Assembly (NCBI GenBank): GCA_051294375.1
Contig: JBJCIZ010000958.1
Location: 1 to 8,797, forward strand
Source of the DNA: Paraspadella gotoi
Lineage: Eukaryota; Animalia; Chaetognatha
DNA length: 8,797 nt
Direction: 5' to 3'
Shown piece by piece: positions 8,314 through 8,797 of this stretch; positions within the stretch are counted from its first letter, which is position 1, and every line of letters starts with the position of its first letter. Both the position numbers and the translations under genes were made by a program. A model generated the notes under the pieces. It worked only from the letters and a program-made list of their open reading frames with translations, was not told the DNA's origin and made no database searches.

Positions 8314-8797
8314 TTATTCGTCGTCCCAATTTTCTTCCTCCGGAACCCCCAGAACGTGCAACTTAAGGTCGTCGATGGAACNNNNNNNNNNNNNNNNNNN
8401 NNNNNNNNNNNNNNNNNNNNNNNNNNNNNNNNNNNNNNNNNNNNNNNNNNNNNNNNNNNNNNNNNNNNNNNNNNNNNNNNNNNNNNNNNNNNNNNNNNNN
8501 NNNNNNNNNNNNNNNNNNNNNNNNNNNNNNNNNNNNNNNNNNNNNNNNNNNNNNNNNNNNNNNNNNNNNNNNNNNNNNNNNNNNNNNNNNNNNNNNNNNN
8601 NNNNNNNNNNNNNNNNNNNNNNNNNNNNNNNNNNNNNNNNNNNNNNNNNNNNTGGCGGAGTCATCCCATGAGGGCGCTCCGCGGTGAGCTAGGACGCCCA
8701 TCTCCGCGTACCGCCCATCGTCTTCCACCACCATGCCCATGGCGGTTTTGGGCCATTTCGAAAACGACTTTTTTAGTTCGGAATCGGCCAGGAGCAC
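8314..8797 (-). CDS. Partial CDS (copy B; 5' end beyond the window, middle in an N gap) of the same unidentified protein
   Basis: Both sequenced parts are open: VLLADSELKKSFSKWPKTAMGMVVEDDGRYAEMGVLAHRGAPSWDDSA (8797-8654) and SIDDLKLHVLGVPEEENWDDE* (stop at 8316-8314). The frame is supported by synonymous differences from copy A. The two parts are offset by one base across the 271-N gap, consistent with an estimated gap size. Confidence 0.75.
8382..8652. other. Assembly gap or masked run (271 N) inside gene copy B
   Basis: N run seen directly. Confidence 0.98.

Larger units (their letters stand above)
7443..8797. repeat. Long inverted repeat: arm 7443-7956 vs arm 8301-8797, spacer 7957-8300
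   Basis: Manual alignment, e.g. tggcccaaaaccgccatgggca (7487-7508) vs tgcccatggcggttttgggcca (8734-8755), and gacgacgaataaacagt (7933-7949) vs actgtttattcgtcgtc (8309-8325). The unaligned interval in arm A (7597-7876, 280 bp) is close to the length of the N gap in arm B (271). Homology ends ~12 nt after the stop codons. Confidence 0.95.

Noticed and set aside
7443-8797. Inverted repeat as a missed-adapter fold-back artefact
   Set aside because: The 344-bp spacer is not self-complementary, homology ends just after the stop codons, and substitutions are biased to synonymous sites.
7443-8797. Inverted repeat as terminal inverted repeats of a DNA transposon or MITE
   Set aside because: The arms are protein-coding with a synonymous bias, no transposase or target-site duplication is visible, and the outer boundary lies outside the window.
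1-8797. CRISPR array, rRNA or prokaryotic operon
   Set aside because: There are no regularly spaced direct repeats, no rRNA motifs and very low coding density.

Overview
This window looks eukaryotic, with AT-rich non-coding DNA, spliceosomal-type signals and frequent CpG, and it comes from a draft-quality sequence with six N runs. I found no recognisable gene, rRNA, complete tRNA, CRISPR array or transposase. The one well-supported system is at the right end. Two convergent (tail-to-tail) paralogous copies of an apparently intronless, GC-rich gene for an unidentified protein of roughly 230 aa lie at about 7229-7944 (+) and 8314->8797 (-), forming a large inverted repeat around a 344-bp AT-rich spacer. 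The clear substitutions between the copies are almost all synonymous, which fixes the reading frame and points to real paralogs. The + copy has many 1-2 nt indels, from noisy long-read sequence or pseudogenisation. Each copy is followed immediately by a GC-rich hairpin, and the hairpin of the - copy is followed by CTAG, resembling a Helitron 3' end. A second hairpin+CTAG sits at 6558-6590. The middle (~770-6550) has blocks of strong purine/pyrimidine skew rich in GAT/GAC/GAA words, with no credible long ORF, and one plausible short intron at 2390-2447.
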